Origin: Octopus bimaculoides
Lineage: Eukaryota
NCBI RefSeq assembly: GCF_001194135.2
Contig: NC_068983.1
Coordinates: forward strand, 18,339,599-18,403,598
Length of the DNA stretch: 64,000 nt
Direction: 5' to 3'
Under the pieces are notes generated by a model. That model saw nothing but the letters and a program-made list of their open reading frames with translations, was not told the origin of the DNA and did not search any database. The position numbers were made by a program, and so were the translations under genes. Below, piece by piece: positions 51,662 through 64,000 of the stretch (position 1 is the first letter of the stretch; every line of letters begins with the position of its first letter).

Positions 51662-51959
51662 NNNNNNNNNNNNNNNNNNNNNNNNNNNNNNNNNNNNNNN
51701 NNNNNNNNNNNNNNNNNNNNNNNNNNNNNNNNNNNNNNNNNNNNNNNNNNNNNNNNNNNNNNNNNNNNNNNNNNNNNNNNNNNNNNNNNNNNNNNNNNNN
51801 NNNNNNNNNNNNNNNNNNNNNNNNNNNNNNNNNNNNNNNNNNNNNNNATATATATATATATATATAAATAGATGCGTATATATACGTGTATAGATATGTA
51901 CCTTCGATGGAAGTAATTGTTTGAGAATTCATTATTCTGAAATCATTGTTGTTGACTAT

Positions 51960-52340
51960 ATGGCAACACACGGTTTTGTGTTCAGTGAGAGCTAAGGGTG
52001 ACTTTCATGAGCAAGTGTGCCAAATGACATCGCTGTTTTTCCTCCATAAGTCGCGAAATTTGTGTTTTTGTGAGCAGGTGTATTTACCGTTAAGATCAGA
52101 GGGCACCGACTTGAGAATGTTAAGATTTTCTGAGAAAAACTCACGGAAGAATTGAATAAATTTACGTCAGAACAATGCGAGAAATTTGTCAAATCTTGTG
52201 GTCAGAGATATGTTTAACTCATTCAAAATGTAAGAATGTACACATCTTATTAATATGATGATGTGAATTGTGTAAATATCTGGCAACATTTTAATTTCTT
52301 GAATTTCACGTCATACGTTCTCTAATTTTTTTCCATCTTG
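51960..52340 (+). mobile_element. Tc1-like transposon 3' end
   Basis: KIRGHRLENV..EKLTEELNKFTSEQCEKFVKSCGQR..LIQN....TSY resembles a Tc1 C-terminus; ends TCTCTAATTTTTTTCCATCTTG|TA. Confidence 0.6.
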
Positions 52341-53106
52341 TATTTTTCGGATAAAATTTTTACTATTATAAATTATTTAGTTAATAATCACTTCCAACAA
52401 AATTTATTGTAGATGATGAACATACTTTAAAGTATACACTAAGAATCCCATTCGGATAAATGAAGTAGAAATGTAAACATCTTTCCTTCGTCCTCCGATT
52501 TTGACCTCTACTGTATTTATGCACATTCATATCCGAAACACATAAGATAAGTATAGTCTTAGAGAAATACGTATTATGTAGATAGTTCACATACACACAC
52601 ATACACACCACACACACATACCACACACGCATGCTGGTTTGAGTTTCAAATTTTCTCAGAGAATCACTAAGAATAAAATGCATCAGGATAAGCACTACAT
52701 GTATCATATTCACTAAACAAAGTATGCCCAGGTCCATCGCTTGCAGGGAATTATTAACGCAACATTTTCTGAACCAGTACAGCAAAAATGGCATCAAGGT
52801 AAAGGAAATATGCATACAAAGAAGCACAGATTTGCAATAATGTCTCATCTCAACGCTGTTTATAAGCAAATAATTATTCTCCAGTTAAGACAGCATCATA
52901 TACATCCCTCTTTATAATATTTAGTGAAGTTCTATTGTGTGCTTAATGAAGGATATATTCTTTAATTTCCTTTTTGCTTGTATATGGTGTGCCGCGGATG
53001 ACGCCTGGTAGCCCTGAGTGGTGAAGGGATTCTCAAGGCACACAAGTAGGAATATGCCTCGAACAAGTTTGGGATACTGCATTTTAAAGTCTCCTATTTA
53101 AACGTA

Positions 53107-53163
<57 letters not shown>

Positions 53164-54378
53164 CGTACATACAAATCTATCATTACACACACACACATTC
53201 ACACATACATAGACACACACACACACACACACACACACACAACACACAATATTCTTATAATAGTTTGTGCTACCATGATTAAGTTCATAGTCTGAAGGAC
53301 GTTATCAATAATAGTCGTCAGTGGTCATAATATGGATGAAATATTTAGAGGAAAATGCTAACGGCCTAGACATATAGTAATTCCATCTCAAGAGGTTTGT
53401 TTTCAAATATATCATCGTATGATATATAATATTAGCTTTCAGGCTACAACTGACAGGTTATTTATAATTCTATACATTGGGTTCAAACACTTATATGGAT
53501 GTATTTATTAATATATTTTTGTGTGGAGCTTTACCTATTATTTCCTTTGTGACTTCGAAACAGATAATTTATAAACATATTTTTTAGATATCAGTCGTCA
53601 CAACATTTTTAGCTGATTAATTTTGATTCCTTTGCAAGATATAAGATCTGTTTTCTAAGTAGTTTGGCAGTATCTTTGAAAGATTAACTGCCTGTTAGTT
53701 GTGTAACTTGTGTCGTTATCGAAGTAATTTTATCTATAGATAGAATAGTTTGCAAAGTAAAACACGATATTCAACGTATTATCTTAAATGACCACATTTT
53801 ATTTAATATCCAAGTGTGGAGCGCAATAGGCCATATGTTGTAAACTAGTGTCGATATTTATACGACTCCTTTTTTAAAAAACTTATCAAAACCAATGCGT
53901 CTGCTGTGAACAGATACAACTCTATCTTTTCCAATAGTCCTAAATAGTATTTATTGAGCACAGCATGGTCGGCTTACCTCCACATTGAATATTTAACCTT
54001 TTACAAGATATGAGTAAGTTTAGGAATCATTAAGAATATCTATTTAGAGGAACTCGCAGACATATACACACCTACACATGCATGCTGAAATACATAAATA
54101 TGCATATCTGAGTTATGAGTTTTTAAGACAATTGAAATAACCTATAGCATTAACAGAAAAGAACTTGATGCGCACACTTTAAAGTGCATAAACCTCACAA
54201 ATCTTCATTTAAGATTCAGTTGTGCTATTGCACAACATTTATCTCTAGTGTTTATTTAGAATCATTCTTCTTTCATTGCTTAGCGTCTACACAATAACAG
54301 CTTCATGTTTTCTAGATGCTATATTTCACGCAATTCTAAATAACTTCATGCACATATATGAAAAGGGAAACGAAATTA

Positions 54379-55663
54379 TCAGGTCATCTCATAAGTTCTG
54401 TCTAACTTTCCCTTTTTAAAAATTGAATGTAATTTAAAAGTATTTTAGGATGTCTAATGGAATTAAAAGTTTTTTTATGCATTTGTGTACATTTAAACTA
54501 ATTAAATATTATTTTACAGAATAATAGAATTAAATTTTCTTTGATTAAAACCCTTTCTAACATGGAAGTATCTAAATAGCATTTGATGCACATAATGCTT
54601 TATGAGTACAAAAAGGAAACTTTGCAGCCGAAGCGACTCGAAACATACACTCAGTTTATGGGAAAGAATACTGAATGAAAGACCTTGCAGAAGATGGCTT
54701 GCAAACTTCAGAAGTAGAGATTCCAGCCTTGAAGATGATGATCAAACAGAACGTCCAGTTGAGTTTGATGATAAGCTCCTTGAGGCATTACTTGAAGAAA
54801 ATCCTGCATTATCAGTTGAAGAATTGGCAATAAAGCTTAGTTCGAACTATACAACTGTTCATCGCCATCTTCAACAACTTGGAAAGATTCCTAAACTTGG
54901 AAAATGGGTGCATCATGAATTGTCCGAAAGCAACCGCAAATCCCGAGTTGACATCTGCTCTTCTCTCCATTCTCGCGAATTCATTTCACCATTTTTGGAT
55001 AGACTTGTGACTGGTGACGAAAAATGGATCTTCTATCGAAATGTTAAACGTCGTAAATAGTGGCTTGGTAAAAGGGAAAGATCTCAACCACAACCGAGAA
55101 GGGAACTTCATGGAAAAATGGTTCTTCTCTCTATCTGGTGGGATTGCAAATGAGTAATTCACTTTGAATTGCTACCACCTAATATAACAATCAATGCTTG
55201 AGTCTAATATCAGCAATTAGGGCGTTTGACCCAAGCATTTAAGAAAAAAGACCCGCTTTTGTGAATCGAAAAGGAGTGATGTTTCTTCAGGACAGTGTGT
55301 GACCCCACACTGCAAAGATCACATCACAGAAGATCGAAGAGCTTGGTTGGAAAAAGATTTCCTCATCCACCTTATTATCCCGACCTTACTGCTTCAGACT
55401 ACCATTTGTTTCGTAGTTTACAGAATCATTTGAGGGACATAACTTTCGCAACCCTAGAAGAGGTCGAAACTGACATTTCAATGTTATTCGCTTTGAAACC
55501 AAAAGAGTTTTACATTCATGGGATTAAAAAGCTTGTAATTAGATGGAAGGAAGTCATAGAAAATCAGGGAAATTATATTGATGATTAAATTTCAATTAAA
55601 TATAACATTTGGTCACTTGTTTTCTGTATTCAAAATTCGGATAGAACTTATGGGATGACCTGA
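54379..55663 (+). mobile_element. Full-length (1285 bp) mariner element with TIRs and TA target-site duplication
   Basis: Left TA|TCAGGTCATCTCATAAGTTCTGTCT and right GGATAGAACTTATGGGATGACCTGA|TA (22 of 25 matches). Confidence 0.95.
54562..55588 (+). pseudogene. Mariner D,D34D transposase pseudogene
   Basis: WVHHEL, LVTGDEKWIFY, FLQD and HPPYYPDLTASDYHLF; 34 residues between D2 and D3 after correcting one frameshift; several stops. Confidence 0.92.
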
Positions 55664-58623
55664 TATATGAGAAAATACTTCTTCGCAATCCATCTTGTCA
55701 GATCACAGTTATGTTTCTTGCCAATGCTAAAATTCCCTCCTACTAGTCTTGTCTCTCTGATAAAGTATAACTTGCCCTCATCAAATAATATTTTTAACAA
55801 TGTGGTTGATTGTTAAATAGGATAAAGTGTTTGGTTTACTGTCCTCATCGTTACGTCTGATCTATGTGAGAAGATGTTAAACAACGACATATTCCACGGA
55901 ATTCAAGTTACATGCGGGAGGGCTGAAATTATTTGTATGTCTGAAATTTATGTATCACGTAATATCCAGTACAAGAAAATCTAGAATAGTAATACGAGCT
56001 GTGTTCCAAGAAAAAGAAATAAAAAAAGAAAAGTTTTCATTATCTCTTGAAAATAATAATGTAATTTCCTGTTATCATTTCGTTAATTGAAACACGATCT
56101 CAATTTCTGCAAACCCTGTACTACAACGAGGAGGACAGAACGAATACACAGCTGATCGAAATTACAACTGATTCGCTAAAACGTTTAGCAGTTCAGTGAT
56201 AGCATCAATCATCTTCTACAGAGAAGAATGCCTTGAGAAAGAAATGAAATTTCTGATGTTTTTATAAGTAGACTGTTGAGTGTAACTTGTATAATGACTT
56301 TGAGATATTTGAGAATTAACAGTGTTACATAATAGAAAGAAAGAACCCACTTTGCAGGGTGTTATATTAGTCAAACATTTCCAAGTTGTCGTGAATATCA
56401 ATAAGCCTTTGCTTGTAATTCATTTATTTTTCACGCATCTTTCATACAAATGATGGAAATCCCAGATGATTTCTACATTTTTCAAAGAGTAAATTTTTTT
56501 AGAATTCCTATTTGGATTCGTAATTTTCTACCTGTCTCATCTTTTATGCATTTCACTAGGACATCTTATCTATGGTTTTTCTCAGCTTTATCAGTGCGTA
56601 TCACAGCGAATGTGTTCAATGAATAATTCTGTATTCATTTCATTGAGTCTCTTCTAATATTTCGTTTTCTTTTTTATTCTTCAGATTTCAAGGAAAATGT
56701 CTTCCTTTGATATTACATGTTTTGGAAGACTTCTCCCATACTTGCCAAAAGCGTTTTCTTACGGAGTGATGTATAATTTGAACCTATTAATGTTCTAATA
56801 TTTTTCAGAATTCAGACTGAATAATCGATGTCATATTCCATGTCATAAAACACCTGACAGTATCTAGCGTTGGTCTCAAAACTACTCAGTAAGATTTTCT
56901 TCAAGTTAAAGAATTTAGTATTTAATTTAAAGGAACAATAATACAATAGTCACAAAAATTTCAGCTTTAAATAAGTTTCTAATTCAGAAGAATTGTATAC
57001 GTGCTATATATATTCTGCGAAATATTTTCACATACACGTTATTATTAATCTACTGAACTAGCAACATTATAAACGAATTATTCGATTACTGGACATTATT
57101 CGAGCGACATTTGAAAATAGGGTTCTAATTCCTTATCCTCCATTCTTTCAAAATAACTTTTTTTTTGTTATAAACATTAGATTCGTTGAACATGCATCAA
57201 GGATAGGATGTTTTATTATTTATTTATTATATAAAATATGAACACTGAACAACAATATTAATTCCGATTCCTTTGGCCTGGAAATTAAAGAAATATGGGA
57301 AAGTAAACTTAAATCGATTCGAAAGGGATAAATTTGTAATGTAATCTCGAAACAAATACACAAAATTCACAGGTTTCTCCCCTCCACTTGTCATACATAT
57401 TACATCAAAATAACATGTAAGTCCTGTCTTAAACTCTCAGCCCATTGGCTTGTCTCACAATGTTATTGCTTTAAATGTTGTCTATAACTTTGAGGTGGCA
57501 ATTCAAATGGAATATAATCGGTTACAAACTTGCCAGACTCGGGGAAAACGAGACAGTCATCATCAAGGCTCCTTTATAGGGACAAAAGCATTTACTGTTG
57601 AATATCACATTGAATACGGGATCATCAAATAGTAAAGTACAATATGATGCGCACGTGTATCTGCGTGTGCATATATATTTGTGTATTTGAATATATATAT
57701 ATATATATGTATATATATGTATGTATATATGTATGTATATAGGTATGTATATATATATATANNNNNNNNNNNNNNNNNNNNNNNNNNNNNNNNNNNNNNN
57801 NNNNNNNNNNNNNNNNNNNNNNNNNNNNNNNNNNNNNNNNNNNNNNNNNNNNNNNNNNNNNNNNNNNNNNNNNNNNNNNNNNNNNNNNNNNNNNNNNNNN
57901 NNNNNNNNNNNNNNNNNNNNNNNNNNNNNNNNNNNNNNNNNNNNNNNNNNNNNNNNNNNNNNNNNNNNNNNNNNNNNNNNNNNNNNNNNNNNNNNNNATA
58001 TATATACATATACGTTACTAAGTTATTGCTAGAAAGTGGAGTAAGAAAAAGCCTTGGCCACAGGAAAAATTATCTAATAACTGGCAACGGAGAAAACCTC
58101 CTTATAGCAAGCGAGACAGGGCCAGATCACCGGTGATTTCGGATCTGATTAATCCTAAACAATGATTCTCACTCGGTTGCCCAGGCTTAAAGCTAACTCG
58201 CCATGTCAGTTTATAGTAAATGCTGTAGGAATCAGAGGCTGATGCCATAAATGGTAAAAGTGAAAATAATAAATTATAAAGGTGGTTTATTCAAAATTTA
58301 CAATCCAAAGGCACAAGTATAGATCTCATTAAGTTGACTCATGGTGCTAGTCAGCAATAGCATTGCTAGAAATAAGAGTCAGAACCACTTTTAGCCACGG
58401 GAAGAATTTATCCAAAGTTTGACAAGGAAGACAAGTCCCCTAGGGCAAACAATTCATACGAGTTAGCTTTAACCCTCAGCAAACGAGTGAGAGTCAGTGA
58501 TGAGGACTAAAGACATTGGTTGACATCGGATATCTGCACACATGTGCATATATATATATATATAGGTATAGTTGTATGTATGCACATGTCCGAATGTATA
58601 TATGCATATATATATATATATAT

Positions 58624-59321
58624 NNNNNNNNNNNNNNNNNNNNNNNNNNNNNNNNNNNNNNNNNNNNNNNNNNNNNNNNNNNNNNNNNNNNNNNNNNNNN
58701 NNNNNNNNNNNNNNNNNNNNNNNNNNNNNNNNNNNNNNNNNNNNNNNNNNNNNNNNNNNNNNNNNNNNNNNNNNNNNNNNNNNNNNNNNNNNNNNNNNNN
58801 NNNNNNNNNNNNNNNNNNNNNNNNNNNNNNNNNNNNNNNNNNNNNNNNNNNNNNNNNNNNNNNNNNNNNNNNNNNNNNNNNNNNNNNNNNNNNNNNNNNN
58901 NNNNNNNNNNNNNNNNNNNNNNNNNNNNNNNNNNNNNNNNNNNNNNNNNNNNNNNNNNNNNNNNNNNNNNNNNNNNNNNNNNNNNNNNNNNNNNNNNNNN
59001 NNNNNNNNNNNNNNNNNNNNNNNNNNNNNNNNNNNNNNNNNNNNNNNNNNNNNNNNNNNNNNNNNNNNNNNNNNNNNNNNNNNNNNNNNNNNNNNNNNNN
59101 NNNNNNNNNNNNNNNNNNNNNNNNNNNNNNNNNNNNNNNNNNNNNNNNNNNNNNNNNNNNNNNNNNNNNNNNNNNNNNNNNNNNNNNNNNNNNNNNNNNN
59201 NNNNNNNNNNNNNNNNNNNNNNNNNNNNNNNNNNNNNNNNNNNNNNNNNNNNNNNNNNNNNNNNNNNNNNNNNNNNNNNNNNNNNNNNNNNNNNNNNNNN
59301 NNNNNNNNNNNNNNNNNNNNN
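58624..59321. other. Largest assembly gap (others at 1680-1689, 6587-6638, 15314-15751, 26367-26376, 29178-29486, 51662-51847, 57762-57997)
   Basis: N runs, most bordered by (TA)n microsatellite. Confidence 0.99.
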
Positions 59322-59322
59322 N

Positions 59323-59366
<44 letters not shown>

Positions 59367-61827
59367 TGTATGTATATAATTTTTTTATGTGTTAAAGGGC
59401 TCAGTATGGTTTCATGTGAAGAGATCATAATTATTCAACCGTGCCACTTGGAAGTGCTGGATATCGATTACATTTTCTATGAGAATACACGAGATTATAA
59501 GGGAAGGAAGTGACTTTCGAAATAAATACTCAGCTTATGGGATGTAATTTGTAGAATAGTTTTATTGTTATCTCCCTTGTATTAGACCTGGATATTTGCA
59601 AGGTATTATGTCCGCCATAGATTAAATATCTTATGCGAGAACAGAATGGGTATTCAAGCTCGAGAAAGTCCTATCGTTTGAGACCCTTTCGAATTATTAA
59701 TGCGCTCGGTTTTTTATAGATGTCAATTCACATCCCTCTTGTGTTTTTAGTTATAAAGAATGGAAATTAGGTATTAGAAAATAACTGTTTATAATGCTAT
59801 GCTTAACATTTTCCGTTTAAATTCCATGATTTCCATTAACCAATTGTCGTATTGTACATTGTGATAGTAAATACAACCGTTAATTACTTATTAAGTTTGG
59901 CTACAATCGTGGGTTCAATCAGTCGGCCAGTTTTTATAGACTAAGTTCAAATGGAACTAGGAATAGACATCCTAAGTAGGAGAATCGCTTGTATAAGCTT
60001 GGCAAGGACAACTACCTCGCCAACTTAATAAATGGTTCTGTTTGAAACTCTGAGAAGCAACTTTTTATGACGTATTTGTAGCATTTCGGTAAGTAAAACA
60101 TCAGAGAAATTCTCAATATAAAAGGTTATTATTCCTCATATATCAGTGTATAATAATAATAATGATAATAATAATAATAACTCCTTATTTCAGAAAGTCT
60201 GACAAAAATTATAATGCTTTAATGTATTTTGTACATAAATATTTTCTCAAATTTTTGCATTTGGTTGTTTAGCCTTTATACCTATAATATCAGTGGAAAT
60301 AAATATTACTAGGTCCGGCGAGTATCGATGTGTTTCGAATTTAGTCCTTATTATCGTTATTAGGTTTATTAGGTATAACGTTAGAAATACATGATGAATT
60401 TCGCTTCTTTTACGAAAAATTAGTTACATGTACTTGATAACAAAATCTTGTGCGATACAATCCTCAAAATACTTTCGAATTAACAAATATATATATTTAC
60501 AAACTAGCTTTCATTAAAACGAAACTATTTACACTCGTGAACACATTCTTTAACTGTCATTTTATGTTCGATTCCAGAATTATGTGTTCTAAGCCTTTAA
60601 CTTTTCAGCTTGCATCCACACAACTCTATTGTAATTTACATGTCTACGTCAATTCTTATCATGTATAATTTCTGTCTACATAAACATTTCCATGAAAAGG
60701 ATGCTACAACACAATGTTCATAGTAATATATATTTACTCCCATGTCAACTTCTTGAAATGTTTCTTCTTTACTCCAGATTCGGATTTTAACACTTTTCCT
60801 CTTTGAATGATTTTGATAAGCCCAATCTTCAGCTTTCCAATATTTAAAAGAATTAGATTCAGATAAAGACATTTGAAACAATGCTGCTGAATTTCCAAAG
60901 ATTTCTATGCACAGTGGGAAATAAATATTCAACTCAAATATCCCCAAGCATTCCTGTTGTAATAACCTGTATGAAATCCTTTGTGTTGAAATGTTTGCAT
61001 CTTTATAACATTTCAGTATATATCAACAAGTGAAAAATTTCGTAATTCATACAAAATGATGCAAATTTATTCACATCACTAAGTAAAGCATATTAAGCCT
61101 GATGTTCAAAATGTCAAGAAAATTTTCTTATTCATATCTTTCCTATTGGCAGCCCATAACAGTTTTAAATAATTCCAGAATATGGAATTATCAGTTTTTT
61201 TTTCGAAAACATTTCTTTCAAATTTAAATTCTGTTACCTGAGGCAATAAAAATTTATAATTTAATTTGCTGCAGAAAACGTCTACATTTCTTCTTGTTTG
61301 ACGAATATTATGTTGAATATCATATTAGAATTAACAGTGAATATTCAAATATTGATTACATGCAAAAATCTACAAAAATAATAACGTAACTATTCTTGAA
61401 GTGCTAATAGACCATTTAATCTACACATACACGAATGGATATCCTACAATATTTTATGTTACTGAATTGTCCATAAAGCGTGTATGCTAATGAAAGTATA
61501 CACAACAATTCCATTTGTGTTTGGATATTCTTATGTACTAACAGGTTAAACGACTTGAGGTCACTCATCATGGCCAAATATTTGCTTATACTCAAATGCC
61601 CAAGTAGGAAAGCAGGAGTTGATAGCATGTCCGGCGTATTTAGTGGTTTCAGCTAACAAATACAAACTAAAAAGTCATGTTCAGAATTTAGGTTCACGCA
61701 CTCAAGCGAACTATTTAACTGCTTGTTGGATTATTTCTTATTTTCCTGATATTAGAATGTATTAAATCCGTGATTATATTCTGCTTATACTTTAAAAGTA
61801 ACTATTACTCTGTTTATAATCACTGAC

Positions 61828-61960
61828 TTCGTGGCCTAGAGGACGCCGAGTAAGTTCAGGATTTGGATTCCGGTGTCGGGCTGTGCGTTATATTGTTGGG
61901 CGGTACATTACAGTTCACGTTGCTTTAGTTCATTGAGTTATAAACGAATTCCAGCATTAT
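61828..61960 (+). mobile_element. Decayed SINE family C-like fragment
   Basis: GTGGCCTAGAGG A-box-like sequence, then TTCACGTTGCTTTAGTTCATTGAG resembling 14606-14630. Confidence 0.35.
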
Positions 61961-62337
61961 CTAACAAGATAAAACTTCGATAGTGTGGTTCGCATTCATG
62001 CTCAGCTTCTGATACACCATGGTAATTGGTTTAAACTCCGGCATTATGAATCGTAGGGCCCTTGACAGGCACAATAAACCTATATGTGTGCGCGTGTGTG
62101 TGCATGTGTGTGTGCATGTGTGTGTGCATGTGTGTGTGCATGTGCATGTGTGTGTGTGTGTGTGTGTGTTTATTTGTGTACTATTAGTGAAATAAATTCT
62201 GCTTAAAGATAAAAATGACGCAGCATTTAGTCGTTATAATTGTCATTCTCTAGATCGTTAATCAGCTACTCGTAAATTCCCGTTAATATGACTATGCATG
62301 CATCAAGGTACATTTTATTCCTATCTCTCTATCTCTA

Positions 62338-62378
<41 letters not shown>

Positions 62379-62385
62379 ATATATG

Positions 62386-62416
<31 letters not shown>

Positions 62417-62614
62417 CTGTCTGTCTTTCTGTTTGTCTGTCTGTCTGCCTTTTTGCGTTGTGACAACATACTGCATAACTTATTCATACGTTTCGTTTTT
62501 GTATTTGGTTTGCAAGATTCTTTATCTAAATTCGTGTGTCGAAGCATATTTTATTGTGTCTGCGGAGAGTCATTCTCTTTTAGTGCCTTATTAATTTAAC
62601 ACTCACAGAGGGGA

Positions 62615-62875
62615 AGACCAACCATCACCTCGGCGCCGAAAAAAAATTATATTTCTGAGGGTATGTCTTCTACCCTTACCCTGGATGTACGTCTTCCAAA
62701 GTATATGGGCAGGAGCACTACCTCTTCCATTTTTAAAGGGGTTGCCGCGTGTAACCTGGTGGTCGCTGCATCTCGGAACGGCACCACCACAATTCCAAAC
62801 TTTCGGCTTCTGCTGGGGTAAACAATTTCTCTCCATATTTGGGCAACCGTCATTACCTAAATTTTCTGGTTCTTC
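62615..62875 (-). mobile_element. Possible non-LTR retrotransposon ORF1 fragment
   Basis: Stop-free, GC-richer segment reading IWREIVYPSRSRKFGIVVVPFRDAATTRLHAATPLKMEEVVLLPIYFGRRTSRVRVEDIPSEI; the RVRVxxIP ending resembles ORF1 RRM-type segments (inference). Confidence 0.35.
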
Positions 62876-62881
62876 GTTCAT

Positions 62882-63050
62882 AGGCGTAGGAGTGGCTGTG
62901 TGGTAAGTAGCTAGCTTACCAACCATATGGTCCGGGGTTCAGTCCCACTGCGTGGCATCTTCGGCAAGTGTCTTGTGCTATAGCCTCGGGCTGACCAAAG
63001 CCTTGTGAGTGGATTTGGTAAATGAAAACTGAAAAAATCCCGTCGTATAT
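62882..63050 (+). mobile_element. SINE family A 5' half
   Basis: AGGCGTAGGAGTGGCTGTGTGGTAAG, GGGGTTCAGTCCC, GGCAAGTGTCTT; ends in (TA)n. Confidence 0.9.
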
Positions 63051-63070
63051 ATGTATATATATATATATAT

Positions 63071-63983
63071 ATCTTATAGTAAAAATGGATACATAAGGAC
63101 GGAAAATCACAGGAACAATACCATATGTCCAACGTAAGATACAATATGTGTGTTCAATTCCTTCAAGAATCAATAAATGAATTTATAGTATTCAGTCTCT
63201 AAAGTGCCTAAAAGGTACGGTAAAAAGACCAGCAAATACAACAATAAAAACTTTAGAAATACCATGAATGTTCAAAATATTTATTAAAAAAATATTTATA
63301 AATATGCATGATTTCTAAGTTGTATAAAAATATGACAAATTAAATTTAAAACATTACGATGTGTAAACATACATTATGATATAACATATAATGGGTAAAT
63401 ATATACGGTATGATGAAGTTATAAATTTACATGTATTATATTAAAAACGTGTACATTATGACAGGATTAAAAAAGGGAGTGTCTAATCTCTAATATGAGT
63501 ACAACACCATATTAATAGACACATCTCAGTAGATGCATACTTTTAACTTAACTTTTATATTATATGTCTTTTTTGTTTTTTTTTTAATCCTGTCATAATG
63601 TACACGTTTTTAGTATAATACATGTAAATTTATAACTTCATCATACCGTATATATTTACCCATTATATGTTATATCATAATGTATGTTTACACATCGTAA
63701 TGTTTTAACTTTAATTTGTCATATTTTTATACAACTTAGAAATCATGCATATTTATAAATATTTTTTAAATAAATATTTTGAACATTCATGATATTTCTA
63801 AAGTTTTTATTGTTGTATTTGCTGGTCTTTTTACCGTACCTTTTAGACACTTTAGAGACTGAATACTATAAATTCATTTATTGATTCTTGAAGGAATTGA
63901 ACACACATATTGTATCTTACGTTGGACATATGGTATTGTTCCTGTGATTTTCCACCCTTGTGTATCCATTTTTACTATAAGAT
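63071..63983. repeat. Near-perfect long inverted repeat: two 404-bp arms with a 105-bp spacer
   Basis: 63071-63474 versus the reverse complement of 63580-63983; I count about 8 substitutions and no indels. Starts immediately after (TA)n. Confidence 0.95.
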
Positions 63984-64000
63984 GAATTCTAGCTCATGCT

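Overview
AT-rich, microsatellite-dense eukaryotic genomic DNA with eight N gaps. The SINE and repeat families look like those of an octopod cephalopod (Octopus-like); this is recognition from memory, not a database result. I found no intact host gene, only three weak exon candidates, and no prokaryotic genes or CRISPR arrays. The window is mostly decayed mobile DNA: two Penelope-like element (PLE, probably Neptune-clade) fragments, two Dong/R4-like LINE fragments flanking a (TAA)n tract, three tRNA-derived SINE families, several Tc1/mariner relics (one full-length with TIRs and TA TSD), and a Chapaev3-like transposon. The main signal the ORF track does not explain is a set of about 11 type I hammerhead ribozyme (HHR) motifs. 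They sit in PLE 3' ends, in fold-back repeats and next to (TA)n tracts. One copy (50788-50871, +) has an intact catalytic core and a GUA cleavage site directly downstream of a PLE RT/GIY-YIG ORF. A homologous copy at 891-980 shows a compensatory stem II base-pair change and is cleanly missing from the opposite arm of a long palindrome. All structures were folded by eye and coordinates are hand-counted.
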